Source: Caldimicrobium thiodismutans (GTDB lineage Bacteria; Desulfobacterota; Thermodesulfobacteria; Thermodesulfobacteriales; Thermodesulfobacteriaceae). From it: a stretch of 32,000 nucleotides of DNA. The notes under the pieces are model-generated. The model did no database searches. It was not told the DNA's origin and saw only the letters and a list, made by a program, of their open reading frames with translations. Every line of letters begins with the position of its first letter. The stretch's first letter is position 1. Shown here piece by piece: positions 1 through 10,726 of the stretch. The DNA lies in contig NZ_AP014945.1 in the NCBI RefSeq assembly GCF_001548275.1, forward strand, positions 1,680,001 through 1,712,000, written 5' to 3'. The translations under genes were made by a program, and so were the position numbers.

Positions 1-36
1 ATTTTTTGAAACTGTGTAAAAGGAGGCGAAGTTTTT

Positions 37-861
37 ATGCCTATAAAAAAGTCCAAGCCCACATCAGCGGGGAGGAGATTTCAGACCATCTTAATTAATC
101 CTGAGTTGACACCTAAGGAGCCAGAAAAATCGTTAACTGAGCCTCTTAAAAAAACTGGTGGCAGAAACAATTACGGTAGAGTTACCCTTAGATTCAGAGG
201 GGGTGGTCATAAAAGACTATATAGAATTATTGATTTCAAGAGAGACAAAGATGGGATTCCTGCTAAGGTTATAGCCTTAGAGTATGATCCCAATAGGTCA
301 GCTAATATTGCCCTTTTACAATATATGGATGGTGAAAAGAGATATATCCTTGCCCCGCAAGGCTTAAAGGTTGGGGACACAGTGATGTCTGGAGAGTCTG
401 CGGAAATCAAGGTTGGGAATGCCCTACCTTTAAAGAGTATACCTGTTGGAACTATGGTGCATAATGTAGAGTTGAGGCCAGGCAAGGGTGGACAGTTAGC
501 CCGTTCAGCTGGTGCTTTTGCTCAGCTCCTTGGAAAAGAAAAAGATTATGTTATATTAAGACTTCCTTCTGGAGAGATTAGAAAGGTTCATGGAAATTGT
601 AAGGCAACAGTTGGTCAGGTGGGAAATCTTGAATGGGAAAATGTTATCTGGGGTAAGGCAGGAAGAGTCAGGTGGAGGGGAAGGAAACCCCATGTGAGAG
701 GGGTTGCCATGAATCCTGTGGACCATCCCCTTGGTGGTGGTGAGGGTAAGACCCATGGTGGTAGACATCCCTGTTCACCCTGGGGCCAGCCTGCTAAAGG
801 GCTTAAAACTCGCCGTAAAAAGGCCTCAGACAAACTAATACTTAAAAGAAGAAAAGGTTAA
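37..861 (+). CDS. rplB: 50S ribosomal protein L2
   Basis: 274-aa ORF with an AGGAGG RBS upstream. L2 hallmarks are present ([30 protein letters not shown]). It is the first gene of the conserved order L2-S19-L22-S3-L16-L29-S17. Confidence 0.97.
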   Translation: MPIKKSKPTSAGRRFQTILINPELTPKEPEKSLTEPLKKTGGRNNYGRVTLRFRGGGHKRLYRIIDFKRDKDGIPAKVIALEYDPNRSANIALLQYMDGEKRYILAPQGLKVGDTVMSGESAEIKVGNALPLKSIPVGTMVHNVELRPGKGGQLARSAGAFAQLLGKEKDYVILRLPSGEIRKVHGNCKATVGQVGNLEWENVIWGKAGRVRWRGRKPHVRGVAMNPVDHPLGGGEGKTHGGRHPCSPWGQPAKGLKTRRKKASDKLILKRRKG

Positions 862-876
862 GAGGTGAGGTAAAAG

Positions 877-1164
877 ATGCCCAGATCTAAGAAAAAAGGC
901 TTTTTTATTGATGATCATCTTTTTAAGAAGGTGCTTAAGGCAAGAGAGGCAGGGGATAAGAAACCGATTAAGACCTGGAGCAGAAGATCAACCATTATTC
1001 CTGAAATGGTTGGGCTTACCTTAGCGGTGCATAATGGGCATAAATTTATTCCTGTCTATGTTACAGAAAATATGGTTGGGCACAAACTTGGTGAATTTGC
1101 CCCTACAAGGACCTATAAGGGGCATCCTGCGGATAAGGGAAAGGTTTCTGGTAAAAAGAAATAA
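877..1164 (+). CDS. rpsS: 30S ribosomal protein S19
   Basis: 95 aa with [11 protein letters not shown] and [16 protein letters not shown] motifs. Synteny after rplB supports the call. Confidence 0.97.
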   Translation: MPRSKKKGFFIDDHLFKKVLKAREAGDKKPIKTWSRRSTIIPEMVGLTLAVHNGHKFIPVYVTENMVGHKLGEFAPTRTYKGHPADKGKVSGKKK

Positions 1165-1176
1165 AGGAGGTTAACC

Positions 1177-1530
1177 TTGAAAGCCAGAGCTACAGCAAAA
1201 TATATTTTAATTTCTCCTTATAAGGCAAGATTGGTGGCTGATTTAATAAGAGGCAGAAAAGTTAGTGAGGCTATAAATATCCTTGATGCTACCCCAAAGA
1301 AAGCCTCTCGATTGATTAAGAAGGTTTTACTAAGTGCTGTAGCTAATGCAGAAAACAACTATGGTCTTGATGTGGATAAGCTATTTGTCACTGGGGCTTA
1401 TATTAATGAAGGGCCAGTGCTAAAGAGGGTTTGGCCAAGGGCCTGGGGAAGGGCAAGTAGAATTTTGCGGAGAATGAGTCATATTACCATTGAGGTAGAA
1501 GAAAAAGAAGAGAAAAGGAAGAGGAGGTAA
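1177..1530 (+). CDS. rplV: 50S ribosomal protein L22
   Basis: TTG start preceded by an AAGGAGG RBS (1165-1171). N-terminus is [25 protein letters not shown]. It has a short K/E-rich C-terminal tail. Confidence 0.95.
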   Translation: MKARATAKYILISPYKARLVADLIRGRKVSEAINILDATPKKASRLIKKVLLSAVANAENNYGLDVDKLFVTGAYINEGPVLKRVWPRAWGRASRILRRMSHITIEVEEKEEKRKRR

Positions 1531-1533
1531 GCC

Positions 1534-2196
1534 TTGGGCCAGAAAGTTGATCCAAGAGGATTGAGAATTGGGATTACCAGAACCTGGGAATCACGCTATG
1601 TAGCTAAACCAAGAGAGCTCCCTAAGTTTGTCCAGGAGGATTATCAGATACGAAAGTATCTGAAAGAGAAATATTATCATGCTGGAATTCCAAAGATTGA
1701 AATAGAGAGAGCGGGAAATAATGTAAAAGTTATTATCTATTCAGCCAGGCCGGGTATTGTTATTGGAAAGAAGGGAGCTGAGATAGAAAAGATAAAAAAA
1801 GAACTTCAAAAGAGATTTAAGGAGAGAGAGATTGAGGTAAGTGTTGAGGAGATTAGAAGGCCTGAGCTTGAGGCTCAACTGGTAGCTGAAAATATTGCCC
1901 AGCAGATTGAAAGAAGGGTCTCTTTTAGAAGGGCCATGAAAAGAGCAGTGACCTTGGTGATGAGATTTGGAGCACAGGGAGTTAAATTACAGTGCTCTGG
2001 GCGTTTAGGAGGGGCTGAGATTGCCAGATCTGAATGGTATAGAGTGGGAAGAGTTCCTCTTTCAACGCTAAGGGCTGATATTGACTATGGTTTTGCTACT
2101 GCGGTTACCAAATACGGAACTATTGGAGTGAAGGTTTGGATATTCAAAGGAGAGGTTTTACCTGAAAGAGGCGGACAAGAAAAAATGGTTATATAA
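1534..2196 (+). CDS. rpsC: 30S ribosomal protein S3
   Basis: TTG start. Begins [21 protein letters not shown] and carries a KH-domain [11 protein letters not shown]. Synteny supports the call. Confidence 0.96.
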   Translation: MGQKVDPRGLRIGITRTWESRYVAKPRELPKFVQEDYQIRKYLKEKYYHAGIPKIEIERAGNNVKVIIYSARPGIVIGKKGAEIEKIKKELQKRFKEREIEVSVEEIRRPELEAQLVAENIAQQIERRVSFRRAMKRAVTLVMRFGAQGVKLQCSGRLGGAEIARSEWYRVGRVPLSTLRADIDYGFATAVTKYGTIGVKVWIFKGEVLPERGGQEKMVI

Positions 2197-2217
2197 AAAT
2201 TATTGAGGTGAGGTAAG

Positions 2218-2634
2218 ATGCTTTTACAGCCAAAGAAGACCAAATATAGGAAGATGCATAAGGGAAGGGTAAGAGGTATTGCTACAAAAGGTAATACCCT
2301 TTCCTTTGGAGATTATGGCTTAAAGGTTCTTGAAGGGGGCTGGATGACCGCTCAGCAGATTGAGGCAGGCCGTGTGGCTATTGTCAGAACAGCCCGAAAG
2401 GGTGCTAAAATCTGGATAAGAGTTTTTCCAGACAAGCCCATTACCAAGAGGCCAGCAGAAACCCGTATGGGAAAGGGAAAGGGGCCTGTTGAGGGGTATG
2501 TTGCGGTAGTCAAACCCGGCAAGATTATCTATGAGATTGCAGGTGTTCCTGAAGAGGTAGCTAAGGAGGCTCTTAAGCTTGCAGCATCTAAGATGCCTTT
2601 TAAATGTAAGATAGTTAGCAGGGAGGAGCTTTAA
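2218..2634 (+). CDS. rplP: 50S ribosomal protein L16
   Basis: N-terminus [17 protein letters not shown], 138 aa, GAGGTGAGG RBS. Confidence 0.97.
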   Translation: MLLQPKKTKYRKMHKGRVRGIATKGNTLSFGDYGLKVLEGGWMTAQQIEAGRVAIVRTARKGAKIWIRVFPDKPITKRPAETRMGKGKGPVEGYVAVVKPGKIIYEIAGVPEEVAKEALKLAASKMPFKCKIVSREEL

Positions 2635-2837
2635 TGAAGGCCAAGGAGCTTAGGGAGCTTTCGCTTCCCGAGTTAAAGGAAAAGCTTTCCCAATTGAGGG
2701 AAGAGCTTTTTAATTTGAGATTTCAGAAGACTATTCATCGCCTTGAAAATCCCCTTAAGATAAGAAATTTAAAGAGAGATATTGCCAGAGTTTTAACTAT
2801 CCTTAAGGAAAAGGAGTTAAATTTAAGAAAGGGGTAA
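2634..2837 (+). CDS. rpmC: 50S ribosomal protein L29
   Basis: 67 aa with [28 protein letters not shown]. Its ATG overlaps the rplP stop (TAATG). Confidence 0.96.
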   Translation: MKAKELRELSLPELKEKLSQLREELFNLRFQKTIHRLENPLKIRNLKRDIARVLTILKEKELNLRKG

Positions 2838-2844
2838 GTTTATC

Positions 2845-3129
2845 ATGGGTAGAAAAAAAGAATTTATTGGAACAGTTGTAAGTAATAAGATGGATAAAAC
2901 AGTCGTGGTTATGGTAGAGACACTTGTTAAGCATCCTTTATATGGAAAATTTACAAAGAGAAGAAAAAAATTTATGGCTCATGACGAAGGGAATACCTGT
3001 AAGATGGGGGATAAGGTCCTTATTGAAGAGACGAGACCTCTTTCTAAACGCAAAAGATGGAGAGTTAAAGAAATCTTAGAAAGGGCTAAAGTATTGGAAG
3101 TTGAGCCTTCTGAGGAAGGGGGGGAATAA
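2845..3129 (+). CDS. rpsQ: 30S ribosomal protein S17
   Basis: 94 aa with [21 protein letters not shown]. Synteny supports the call. Confidence 0.95.
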   Translation: MGRKKEFIGTVVSNKMDKTVVVMVETLVKHPLYGKFTKRRKKFMAHDEGNTCKMGDKVLIEETRPLSKRKRWRVKEILERAKVLEVEPSEEGGE

Positions 3130-3132
3130 TCT

Positions 3133-3501
3133 ATGATACAGCAGCAGTCTTTTCTGAATGTGGCAGACAATTCAGGAGCTAAAGAGCTTATGTGTATTAG
3201 AGTTCTCGGTGGTTCTAAGAGAAGATATGGTTCTGTTGGGGATATAATTGTAGCAACGGTTAAGGATGCTCTTCCAAATTCTAAGGTAAAAAAAGGAGAT
3301 GTGGTTAAGGCTGTGATAGTGAGGACCAAAAAAGAGGTTCAGAGAGCTGATGGATCTTCCATTCGTTTTGATGAAAATGCAGCGGTGTTGATTAATCAAT
3401 ATAAAGAACCCATTGGGACGCGTATTTTTGGGCCTGTAGCAAGAGAATTAAGGGCCAAGGGATTTATGAAGATTATTTCCCTTGCCCCTGAAGTGTTATA
3501 A
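3133..3501 (+). CDS. rplN: 50S ribosomal protein L14
   Basis: N-terminus [28 protein letters not shown], 122 aa. Confidence 0.97.
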   Translation: MIQQQSFLNVADNSGAKELMCIRVLGGSKRRYGSVGDIIVATVKDALPNSKVKKGDVVKAVIVRTKKEVQRADGSSIRFDENAAVLINQYKEPIGTRIFGPVARELRAKGFMKIISLAPEVL

Positions 3502-3515
3502 AGGAGAGGATCTTT

Positions 3516-3884
3516 ATGCTGAAGAGAGGATCTCATAAAAATTTACCCAAGCCGCATGAAGCAAAATGCCATGTTAAAAAGAATGACATGGTGGTTGTGA
3601 TTACTGGTAAGGATAAGGGAAAAATTGGTAAGATTTTACAGGTTTTTCCTCGTAAGGGCAGGGCAGTAGTTGAGGGAGTAAATATTGTCAAAAGGCATAC
3701 GAAGCCAACCCCTTACAGTAGTGGGGGTATTGTAGAGAAGCCAGCCCCTATTCATGTTAGCAATCTTATGCTTTATTGTCCAAAGTGTAAAAAAGGTGTA
3801 AAGGTTAGGCGAAAAATTTTGGAAGATGGCACTAAGGTGCGGGCTTGCAAAAAATGTGGAGAAATCATTGAGCCAAAGGAGTAA
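3516..3884 (+). CDS. rplX: 50S ribosomal protein L24, Zn-ribbon-containing form with an N-terminal extension
   Basis: KOW motif [22 protein letters not shown]-terminal CPKCKK...CKKCGE. GGAGAGG RBS before ATG 3516, and no alternative in-frame start before the KOW motif. Confidence 0.94.
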   Translation: MLKRGSHKNLPKPHEAKCHVKKNDMVVVITGKDKGKIGKILQVFPRKGRAVVEGVNIVKRHTKPTPYSSGGIVEKPAPIHVSNLMLYCPKCKKGVKVRRKILEDGTKVRACKKCGEIIEPKE

Positions 3885-3890
3885 GGAAAG

Positions 3891-4427
3891 ATGGATCTGA
3901 GGCAGAAATATCATAATGAGGTTAAGCCAAGACTTATGGAAAGGTTTAAATATCCCAATCCCCATCAGGTGCCCAAGATAGAGAAGATATCAGTAAATAT
4001 AGGTTTAGGAGAGGCAGTTGTAAATCCTAAGCTTATTGATCAGGCCCTGGTTGAGCTTACGCAGATTACTGGACAGAGACCGAGAATTTGTAAGGCCAGA
4101 AAATCTATTGCAGGATTTAAGCTTAGAAAGGGCATGCCTATAGGAGTTATGGTAACCCTTAGAGGAAGGAGAATGTATGATTTTTTAACCAGGCTAATTC
4201 ATATAGCTCTCCCCAGGGTTAGAGATTTTAGGGGACTTCCAAGGTCAGGTTTTGATGGAAGAGGGAATTATACCTTAGGAATTAATGATCATACTATATT
4301 TCCAGAGATAGATTCAAGCAAGATAGAAAAGATAAAGGGTATGAGCATTACTATTAGCACCTCAGCTAAGACGGATGAAGAGGCTTATGAATTATTAAAA
4401 GAATTGGGAATGCCCTTTAGGAGGTAA
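3891..4427 (+). CDS. rplE: 50S ribosomal protein L5
   Basis: 178 aa with [21 protein letters not shown] and [16 protein letters not shown]. Synteny supports the call. Confidence 0.96.
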   Translation: MDLRQKYHNEVKPRLMERFKYPNPHQVPKIEKISVNIGLGEAVVNPKLIDQALVELTQITGQRPRICKARKSIAGFKLRKGMPIGVMVTLRGRRMYDFLTRLIHIALPRVRDFRGLPRSGFDGRGNYTLGINDHTIFPEIDSSKIEKIKGMSITISTSAKTDEEAYELLKELGMPFRR

Positions 4428-4433
4428 ACATAA

Positions 4434-4619
4434 ATGCCAAGAAAAGCACAGTTGGAAAAGGCAAAAAGAAAGCCCAAATTTGAGGTGAGAAAGAGAAATA
4501 GATGTTCTATCTGCGGGAGACCCAGGGCTTTTATCAGAGCTTACGGGCTTTGCAGGATGTGTTTTAGAAAACTTGCTGGGGAGGGAAAACTCCCTGGTAT
4601 CAGAAAAGCAAGCTGGTAA
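4434..4619 (+). CDS. rpsN: 30S ribosomal protein S14, short Zn-binding (type Z) form
   Basis: 61 aa with [22 protein letters not shown] (CxxC...CxxC). It lies between L5 and S8 as expected. Confidence 0.96.
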   Translation: MPRKAQLEKAKRKPKFEVRKRNRCSICGRPRAFIRAYGLCRMCFRKLAGEGKLPGIRKASW

Positions 4620-4635
4620 GGAGGTTTAACCAAAT

Positions 4636-5031
4636 ATGATGACAGACCCCATTGCAGATATGCTGGCAAGGATAAAAAATGCCTTGAGGGCCAGAAAAAA
4701 GACAGTGACTGTGCCAGCCTCCAGATTAAAAATGGAGATTGTTAAAATTTTAAAGGAAGAGGGATTTATTGAAGATTTTCAATATATTGAGGAGAAACCC
4801 CAGGCCAAAATTGAGATAACCTTAAAATATGACGAAGCTAAAAGGCCTGTTATTGCAGGATTGAAACGGGTTAGTAAGCCAGGAAGAAGACTCTATCTTG
4901 GATATCAAAAGCTTCCCAAGGTTATGGATGGCCTTGGAATAGCTATTGTTTCAACATCTCAGGGCATTATGCCTGATTACGAGGCCAGAAAGAGAAAGAT
5001 TGGTGGCGAAGTAATCTGCGAAATTTGGTAA
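4636..5031 (+). CDS. rpsH: 30S ribosomal protein S8
   Basis: N-terminus MMTDPIADMLARIKNA, 131 aa. Confidence 0.96.
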   Translation: MMTDPIADMLARIKNALRARKKTVTVPASRLKMEIVKILKEEGFIEDFQYIEEKPQAKIEITLKYDEAKRPVIAGLKRVSKPGRRLYLGYQKLPKVMDGLGIAIVSTSQGIMPDYEARKRKIGGEVICEIW

Positions 5032-5044
5032 AGGGGTGATTGTA

Positions 5045-5632
5045 ATGGGTGAGGTTTCTCGTCTTGGAAGAAAACCTGTGGAGATACCACAGGGGGTTAA
5101 GATTGAGTTAAAAGAAGATGGCCTTATCAAGGTGCAAGGACCTAAGGGAGTTCTTGAGAAAAAGCTTCCTCCCTTAGTAAGGATTAAAATTGAGGGGACC
5201 CAGCTTCTCGTTGAAAAGGATGCCCCTCAGAAAAAATTGCAAAATAAGGCCAAGGCTTTTCAGGGATTAGCCTGGGCCTTGATTAATAACATGATAACAG
5301 GGGTAACTAAGGGATTTACCAAATCTCTTGATATTGTTGGATTGGGATATAAGGCTGAAGTTAAAGGACAGGAAATTGTTTTTTCTTTAGGGTATTCTCA
5401 TCCTATTAATTTTCCTCTTCCCCCGGGTATTACAGCAAAGGCTGAGAAGGGGACAGAGCAGGTTCAGGTAAGGCTGACCTTAGAGGGAGCTGATAAGGAG
5501 CTTCTTGGTCAGGTTGCAGCCAATATTAAACGCTTGAGACCACCTGAGCCATATAAAGGAAAGGGAATTAGATATACAGGGGAGACTATTTTAAGAAAGG
5601 CAGGAAAATCTGGAAAGGGTGGTAAAAAATAA
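5045..5632 (+). CDS. rplF: 50S ribosomal protein L6
   Basis: The track ORF opens at GTG 5036. ATG 5045 sits behind an AAGGGGTG RBS and gives the usual L6 N-terminus (MGEVSRLGRKPVEIPQGV). Confidence 0.93.
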   Translation: MGEVSRLGRKPVEIPQGVKIELKEDGLIKVQGPKGVLEKKLPPLVRIKIEGTQLLVEKDAPQKKLQNKAKAFQGLAWALINNMITGVTKGFTKSLDIVGLGYKAEVKGQEIVFSLGYSHPINFPLPPGITAKAEKGTEQVQVRLTLEGADKELLGQVAANIKRLRPPEPYKGKGIRYTGETILRKAGKSGKGGKK

Positions 5633-5644
5633 GAGGGAGAAACG

Positions 5645-6031
5645 ATGAGGCCAGAAGTAAAAATTGAAAAGAGACTTAGAAGGAAAAAAAGAATTAGAAA
5701 AAAAGTCCTCGGCACACAGGAGAGACCTCGTTTAGCAATCTTTAGAAGCAAGAAACAGATTTATGCTCAGGTTATTGATGATTTAACTGGGCATACCCTT
5801 ATTGCCTGTTCCTCTTTAACCCCAGAGGTTAAGGAAAAGCTTAAAGAATTAAAGGAAAAGGGTGAGGTCAAAAATAAAGTTGAGGCTGCTTTTATAGTTG
5901 GAAAGTTTTTAGCTGAGAAAGCTAAAGCAAAAGGGATAGAGAAGGTAGTATTTGATCGGGGTGGGTATAAGTATCATGGAAGGGTTAAGGCCCTGGCTGA
6001 AGGGGCAAGAAGTGGTGGTTTAGAATTTTAA
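5645..6031 (+). CDS. rplR: 50S ribosomal protein L18
   Basis: Contains [20 protein letters not shown] and [20 protein letters not shown]. Confidence 0.96.
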   Translation: MRPEVKIEKRLRRKKRIRKKVLGTQERPRLAIFRSKKQIYAQVIDDLTGHTLIACSSLTPEVKEKLKELKEKGEVKNKVEAAFIVGKFLAEKAKAKGIEKVVFDRGGYKYHGRVKALAEGARSGGLEF

Positions 6032-6054
6032 GAGAATGGCTTGGAGGTGAAGCT

Positions 6055-6558
6055 TTGGCAAAGGCAGGAGAAGAGTTTATTGAAAAAATTATTCAAATTA
6101 GTAGGGTTACAAAGGTTACCAAGGGAGGAAAAAAGCTAAGGTTTGCAGCCTTAGTTGTGGTTGGTGATGGAAAGGGAAAAGTTGGTTTTGGTCTTGGAAA
6201 GGCCCCTGAGGTCCCTGATGCTATAAGAAAGGCTATTGATAAGGCTAAAAAGACGATGATTCAGATACCTATAGTTAAGGGAACTATTCCCCATAGTATA
6301 AAAGTAAAGTTTGGAGCTTCTTCTCTTTTACTTAAGCCAGCTCCTGCGGGAACAGGCGTTATTGCAGGGGGAACTGTGCGTGCAGTTATGGATGCTGCAG
6401 GAATTACAGATATAGTTACTAAAGCCATTGGTAGCACAAACCCTCATAATCTCATAAAGGCTACTTTTAGAGCCCTTTCTCAGATTCAGGGCTTAGACTA
6501 TGTGGCTCGTAAAAGAGGAAAAGAAGTTGATGAAATTCTTGCGAGGGTGAGGGCATGA
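6055..6558 (+). CDS. rpsE: 30S ribosomal protein S5
   Basis: TTG start behind a GGAGGTGA RBS (6043-6050). Contains [36 protein letters not shown]. Confidence 0.96.
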   Translation: MAKAGEEFIEKIIQISRVTKVTKGGKKLRFAALVVVGDGKGKVGFGLGKAPEVPDAIRKAIDKAKKTMIQIPIVKGTIPHSIKVKFGASSLLLKPAPAGTGVIAGGTVRAVMDAAGITDIVTKAIGSTNPHNLIKATFRALSQIQGLDYVARKRGKEVDEILARVRA

Positions 6559-6740
6559 AAAAGGTTAAGATTACCCTGGTTAGAAGTAGATTTGGTTGGA
6601 ATTCCAAACAGAGGGAAACCTTAAAAGGCCTTGGTCTTAAAAGGGTTGGTCAATCAGTATTAAGAGAGGATAACCCAAGTATTAGGGGTATGATAGAAAA
6701 GGTGAGACACCTTGTTTGCGTGGAGGAAGTCAATGAGTAA
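6555..6740 (+). CDS. rpmD: 50S ribosomal protein L30
   Basis: 61 aa with KVKITLVRSRFGWNSKQRETLKGLGLKR. It overlaps the rpsE stop by 4 nt. Confidence 0.95.
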   Translation: MKKVKITLVRSRFGWNSKQRETLKGLGLKRVGQSVLREDNPSIRGMIEKVRHLVCVEEVNE

Positions 6741-7194
6741 ATTGATTAAGATTGATAATCTTAAACCTGATCCAGATTCTAAGCACAGGGAAAAAAGGGT
6801 TGGTAGAGGTCATGGTTCTGGCCATGGCAAGACCTCTTGTAAGGGGCATAAAGGTCAAAAGTCAAGGACAGGTCTTGATATTAAACCAACTTTTGAAGGT
6901 GGTCAGACTCCTATTATCAGAAGAATTCCCAAAAGAGGTTTTACTAATATATTTAAGGTGGAATATGAAGTGATAAATGTGAAGGATCTGGCAGAGAGAT
7001 TTAAAGAAGGAGAGATTGTTGACCTTGAATCCATGAAAATCAGAGGGCTTTTAAAGGGAAAAGATAAGTTGGTAAAACTTCTTGGTGATGGAGAGATAAA
7101 TTTTCCTCTAACAGTAAAGGTTCATTCTGCCTCCCGCAGTGCTATTGAAAAGATAGAGAAGGCTGGCGGGAAGGTAGAGCTTGTCTCAGGTTAA
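6733..7194 (+). CDS. rplO: 50S ribosomal protein L15
   Basis: The track ORF opens at 6712 inside rpmD. ATG 6733 follows a GGAGGAAG RBS and gives MSKLIKIDNLKP...KRVGRGHGSGHGKTSCKGHKGQKSR. It overlaps rpmD by 8 nt. Confidence 0.93.
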   Translation: MSKLIKIDNLKPDPDSKHREKRVGRGHGSGHGKTSCKGHKGQKSRTGLDIKPTFEGGQTPIIRRIPKRGFTNIFKVEYEVINVKDLAERFKEGEIVDLESMKIRGLLKGKDKLVKLLGDGEINFPLTVKVHSASRSAIEKIEKAGGKVELVSG

Positions 7195-7210
7195 GGGAGA
7201 TTGATTTAGA

Positions 7211-8521
7211 GTGAACGGAAAAGAGAGTCTTCTTGGCTTAGCCAATATACCAGAGTTAAAGCGCAGACTTTTTTATTTATTTCTCGGATTAGCTATATAC
7301 AGGTTTGCTATTCACATTCCTGCCCCAGGTATTAATGCAGAAGCCTTTCTTGAGTTTTTCCAGAAGGCAGGGGGGACCCTTTTTGGTTTTTTGGATATCT
7401 TTTCAGGTGGAGCGTTGAGAAGATTTTCTATCTGTGCTCTTGGGGTTATGCCTTATATTAGTGCTTCCATTATTATGCAGCTTATGACTGTGGTTTTTCC
7501 CAATATTAAGGAATATTATAAGGAAGGACCAGAGGGACGCAGAAAAATAGCCTATTATACGCGCTACCTCACAGTAGTTATTTGTTTGATTCAGGGTTTT
7601 GGAATTGCGGTTGGACTTGAGAGAATGGTTTCTCCTTCGGGGATTCCCATTGTTGCTGATCCTGGTTGGACCTTTAGAATCATGACCATGATTACCCTTT
7701 GTGCGGGGACGCTTTTTTTGGTCTGGCTTGGTGAACAGATGACGGAGCATGGGATCGGGAATGGAATTTCCATGATTATCTTTGCTGGAATTGTAGCTGG
7801 AATATTTCCCGCAGTCTTTAGGACGCTTAAGTTTGTGCAGACTGGTGAATTTTCCTTTTTCGGCTTACTTTTAATCTTTCTTTTACTCTTTGGTATTCTT
7901 GCCTTTACCTGTTTTATGGAGCTTTCTCAGAGAAGAATACCTGTGCATTATGCAAAAAGACAAGTTGGAAGACAGATGGTTGGAGGACAAACAAGTTATT
8001 TACCTTTAAAGATCAATTCTGCAGGAGTTATTCCCCCTATTTTTGCCTCTTCTGTATTGATGTTTCCTGCCACAGTTGCCAGTTTTGTGCCTTTGGCCTT
8101 TTTTCAGGATCTATCTCGCCTACTTAGTCCAGGTGGGATTCTTTATAACCTTATCTTTGCTGGCTTAATTATATTTTTCTGTTATTTTTATACAGCAGTT
8201 GTTTTTAATCCCAAGGAGGTTGCAGAAAATCTTAAAAAATGGGGCGGTTTTGTTCCTGGTATAAGACCAGGCCGAGCAACGGAGGAGTTTCTTGAAAGGG
8301 TTTTAATGCGTATTACCTTGATAGGAGCCCTTTATGTAGCTTTTATATGTGTTTTGCCAAATTTTTTGATTTATAAAATGAGCATACCCTTTTACTTTGG
8401 AGGCACCTCCCTTTTAATTGTGGTTGGTGTTGCCCTGGATTTAGTAGGACAGATTGAGGCCCATTTACTCTCCAGGCAGTATGAGACCTTTATTAGGCAA
8501 AGTAAGATTAAAACACGCTAA
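7211..8521 (+). CDS. secY: Preprotein translocase subunit SecY
   Basis: 436-aa polytopic membrane protein with a GTG start. Begins IPELKRRLFYLFLGLAIYR and contains GISMIIFAGIVAG. It holds the canonical position after rplO. Confidence 0.96.
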   Translation: MNGKESLLGLANIPELKRRLFYLFLGLAIYRFAIHIPAPGINAEAFLEFFQKAGGTLFGFLDIFSGGALRRFSICALGVMPYISASIIMQLMTVVFPNIKEYYKEGPEGRRKIAYYTRYLTVVICLIQGFGIAVGLERMVSPSGIPIVADPGWTFRIMTMITLCAGTLFLVWLGEQMTEHGIGNGISMIIFAGIVAGIFPAVFRTLKFVQTGEFSFFGLLLIFLLLFGILAFTCFMELSQRRIPVHYAKRQVGRQMVGGQTSYLPLKINSAGVIPPIFASSVLMFPATVASFVPLAFFQDLSRLLSPGGILYNLIFAGLIIFFCYFYTAVVFNPKEVAENLKKWGGFVPGIRPGRATEEFLERVLMRITLIGALYVAFICVLPNFLIYKMSIPFYFGGTSLLIVVGVALDLVGQIEAHLLSRQYETFIRQSKIKTR

Positions 8522-8544
8522 AAATCTATTATTGGAGGTGAGCT

Positions 8545-9192
8545 ATGAATATAGTATTTTTAGGTCCTCCAGGGGCAGGAAAAGGCACTCAGGCCAAAAT
8601 TTTGATTGAGAAATATGGTATTCCCCAGATTTCTACAGGAGATATGTTAAGGGAACACAGGGCTAAGGGAACAGAGCTTGGGAAAAAGGCTCAGGAATAC
8701 ATGGATAAAGGCCAACTTGTGCCAGATGAGATTATTCTTGGTATGGTTAAGGAGAGATTGTCTCAGGCTGATTGTGCTAAGGGTTTTATTTTGGATGGTT
8801 TCCCAAGGACTGTGGCGCAAGCTGAGGCTCTTGATAAGATTCTTTCTGAAATGGGGAAAAAGCTTGATTTTGCTCTTGCCCTGGTTGTGCCGGATGAATT
8901 ACTTGTTGAGAGACTTACAGGCAGAAGAACCTGCAAATCCTGTGGCATGATGTATCATGTAAAATATAAACCACCCAAAGTTGAGGGTAAGTGCGATGCC
9001 TGCGGTGGTGAACTTTATCAAAGGCCTGATGATAATGAGGAGACGGTAAGAAACAGGCTTAAGGTCTATCACGAAAGCACAGCTCCTCTTATTGATTATT
9101 ATAATAAGAAGGGAATTTTAAAGGAAATAGATGGAAGTAAAAGTATTGATGAGATAACCAAACAGCTTATTCAGATACTTGAAGGAAAGTAG
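8545..9192 (+). CDS. adk: Adenylate kinase with Zn-binding lid
   Basis: P-loop GPPGAGKGTQA. The lid carries CKSCG...CDACGG, four Cys in total. Confidence 0.96.
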   Translation: MNIVFLGPPGAGKGTQAKILIEKYGIPQISTGDMLREHRAKGTELGKKAQEYMDKGQLVPDEIILGMVKERLSQADCAKGFILDGFPRTVAQAEALDKILSEMGKKLDFALALVVPDELLVERLTGRRTCKSCGMMYHVKYKPPKVEGKCDACGGELYQRPDDNEETVRNRLKVYHESTAPLIDYYNKKGILKEIDGSKSIDEITKQLIQILEGK

Positions 9193-9201
9193 TGATTTAT
9201 T

Positions 9202-9960
9202 TTGAAGGGTAGACCTATTTTAAAAACTCCCAAGGAGATTGAAATCCTTCGTAAGGCTAATGCTATTGTAATGGAAATCCTTTATAGAATTAAAGAAGAA
9301 GTAAGGCCCGGAAAAAGTACTTATGAATTTGAAGAGATGGCTTTAAGTCTTTGTGAAAAAAAGGGAGTTAAACCAGCGTTTAAGGGGTATAGGGGATATC
9401 CCTATGCCCTTTGTATATCTGTTAATGAAGAAATTGTGCATGGGATGCCTCGCAAAGATAAAGTTTTAAAGGAAGGGGACCTTGTGAGTTTTGATTTTGG
9501 TGTAATTTATGATGGTTATTTCGGGGATGCCGCTTTAACAGTTGGTGTTGGAAGGGTTTCTGAATTAGCTGAGAGACTTATGAGAGTTACTGAGTCTGCC
9601 TTATACTTGGCTATTGAAAAGGCAAGAATTGGTAATAAAATAGGAGATATTTCCTTTACAGTTCAGAGAACTGTTGAGAAAGAGAATTTTAATGTGATTA
9701 GGGATTTTGTTGGGCATGGTGTTGGAAGGTCTCTTCATGAACCTCCGGAGATCCCAAATTATGGTAAGGCAGGAAGGGGGCCTAAAATTGAGGCAGGCAT
9801 GGTTTTAGCTATAGAACCAATGGTTTCAGCAGGTTCTTGGGAAGTAAAGATTCTTGAAGATGGCTGGACAGCAGTAACTCGGGATGGGAGTTTGTCAGCT
9901 CATTTTGAGCATTCTATTGCTGTTACTCCTTCAGGCCCAATAATTTTATCCCAGTTATAA
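9202..9960 (+). CDS. map: Methionine aminopeptidase, type I
   Basis: TTG start. Metal-site contexts are present: [30 protein letters not shown] and FEHSIAVT. Confidence 0.95.
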   Translation: MKGRPILKTPKEIEILRKANAIVMEILYRIKEEVRPGKSTYEFEEMALSLCEKKGVKPAFKGYRGYPYALCISVNEEIVHGMPRKDKVLKEGDLVSFDFGVIYDGYFGDAALTVGVGRVSELAERLMRVTESALYLAIEKARIGNKIGDISFTVQRTVEKENFNVIRDFVGHGVGRSLHEPPEIPNYGKAGRGPKIEAGMVLAIEPMVSAGSWEVKILEDGWTAVTRDGSLSAHFEHSIAVTPSGPIILSQL

Positions 9961-9970
9961 TGGAGAAGGA

Positions 9971-10222
9971 ATGGCTAAGGAAGATGTGATTCAACTTGAG
10001 GGAAAGGTTATTGAATCTTTACCCAATGCTATGTTTAAAGTAGAGCTTGAGACAGGTCATACAGTTCTTGCCCATCTTTCTGGCAAGATGAGAGTTCATT
10101 ATATTAGGATCTTGCCAGGTGATGCAGTTGTGGTAGAATTGTCGCCTTATGATTTAACTCGCGGTCGTATTATTTATCGCGGGACAAAGGCAGAAATGGA
10201 GAAGGGGAGGGAGCATAAATGA
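9971..10222 (+). CDS. infA: Translation initiation factor IF-1
   Basis: [41 protein letters not shown], an S1-like fold. About 11 extra C-terminal residues compared with the usual 72 aa. Confidence 0.95.
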   Translation: MAKEDVIQLEGKVIESLPNAMFKVELETGHTVLAHLSGKMRVHYIRILPGDAVVVELSPYDLTRGRIIYRGTKAEMEKGREHK

Positions 10223-10332
10223 AGGTCAGCCCATCTGTTAAGAGAAGATGTAGAAAATGCAAGGTTATTCGAAGAAAGGGGGTAGTGCGGATTATCTGTG
10301 AAAACCCCAAACATAAACAAAGGCAGGGATAA
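10219..10332 (+). CDS. rpmJ: 50S ribosomal protein L36 (Zn-binding form)
   Basis: Not in the ORF track because it is too short. My translation from ATG 10219, which overlaps the infA stop as ATGA, is [37 protein letters not shown]. It ends at TAA 10330-10332. Confidence 0.93.
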   Translation: MKVSPSVKRRCRKCKVIRRKGVVRIICENPKHKQRQG

Positions 10333-10344
10333 GGAGGAGTTGAG

Positions 10345-10713
10345 ATGCCCAAGATTGCAGGTGTGGATATACCTGAGAGAAAGCCTGTGGATGTAGCTCT
10401 AACTTACATTTTTGGTGTAGGTAGAACTCTTGCTCAAAAGGTTTGCACTCAGGCTGGTATTGATTGGTTTAAAAAAGTGAAAGATCTGACGGAAGAAGAA
10501 ATAAACCGTCTCAGACAGATAATTGAAAAAGAACATGTGGTTGAAGGAGAGCTCCGGAAACAGGTAAGAAATAATATCAAAAGATTAATGGATATTGGAT
10601 GTTATAGAGGTCTTAGACACAGGATGGGACTTCCTGTTAGAGGACAAAAAACAAGGTCTAATGCCAGAACGAGAAAAGGGCCAAGACCTGGTTCTTTAAG
10701 AAAGAAGAAATAG
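10345..10713 (+). CDS. rpsM: 30S ribosomal protein S13
   Basis: N-terminus [30 protein letters not shown] with an AAGGAGG RBS. Confidence 0.96.
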   Translation: MPKIAGVDIPERKPVDVALTYIFGVGRTLAQKVCTQAGIDWFKKVKDLTEEEINRLRQIIEKEHVVEGELRKQVRNNIKRLMDIGCYRGLRHRMGLPVRGQKTRSNARTRKGPRPGSLRKKK

Positions 10714-10726
10714 GGGAGGGTGAAAA

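Noticed and set aside
207-8948. Numerous 60-116 aa minus-strand or alternate-frame ORFs inside ribosomal, secY and adk genes. Examples: 207-485, 556-768, 615-833, 2979-3329, 3172-3399, 3636-3965, 5509-5751, 6752-6973, 7403-7750, 8678-8950, 8763-8948.
   Set aside because: They lie fully inside strongly supported conserved genes. They have no RBS, and their low-complexity translations (S/P/L-rich) are typical of shadow frames.
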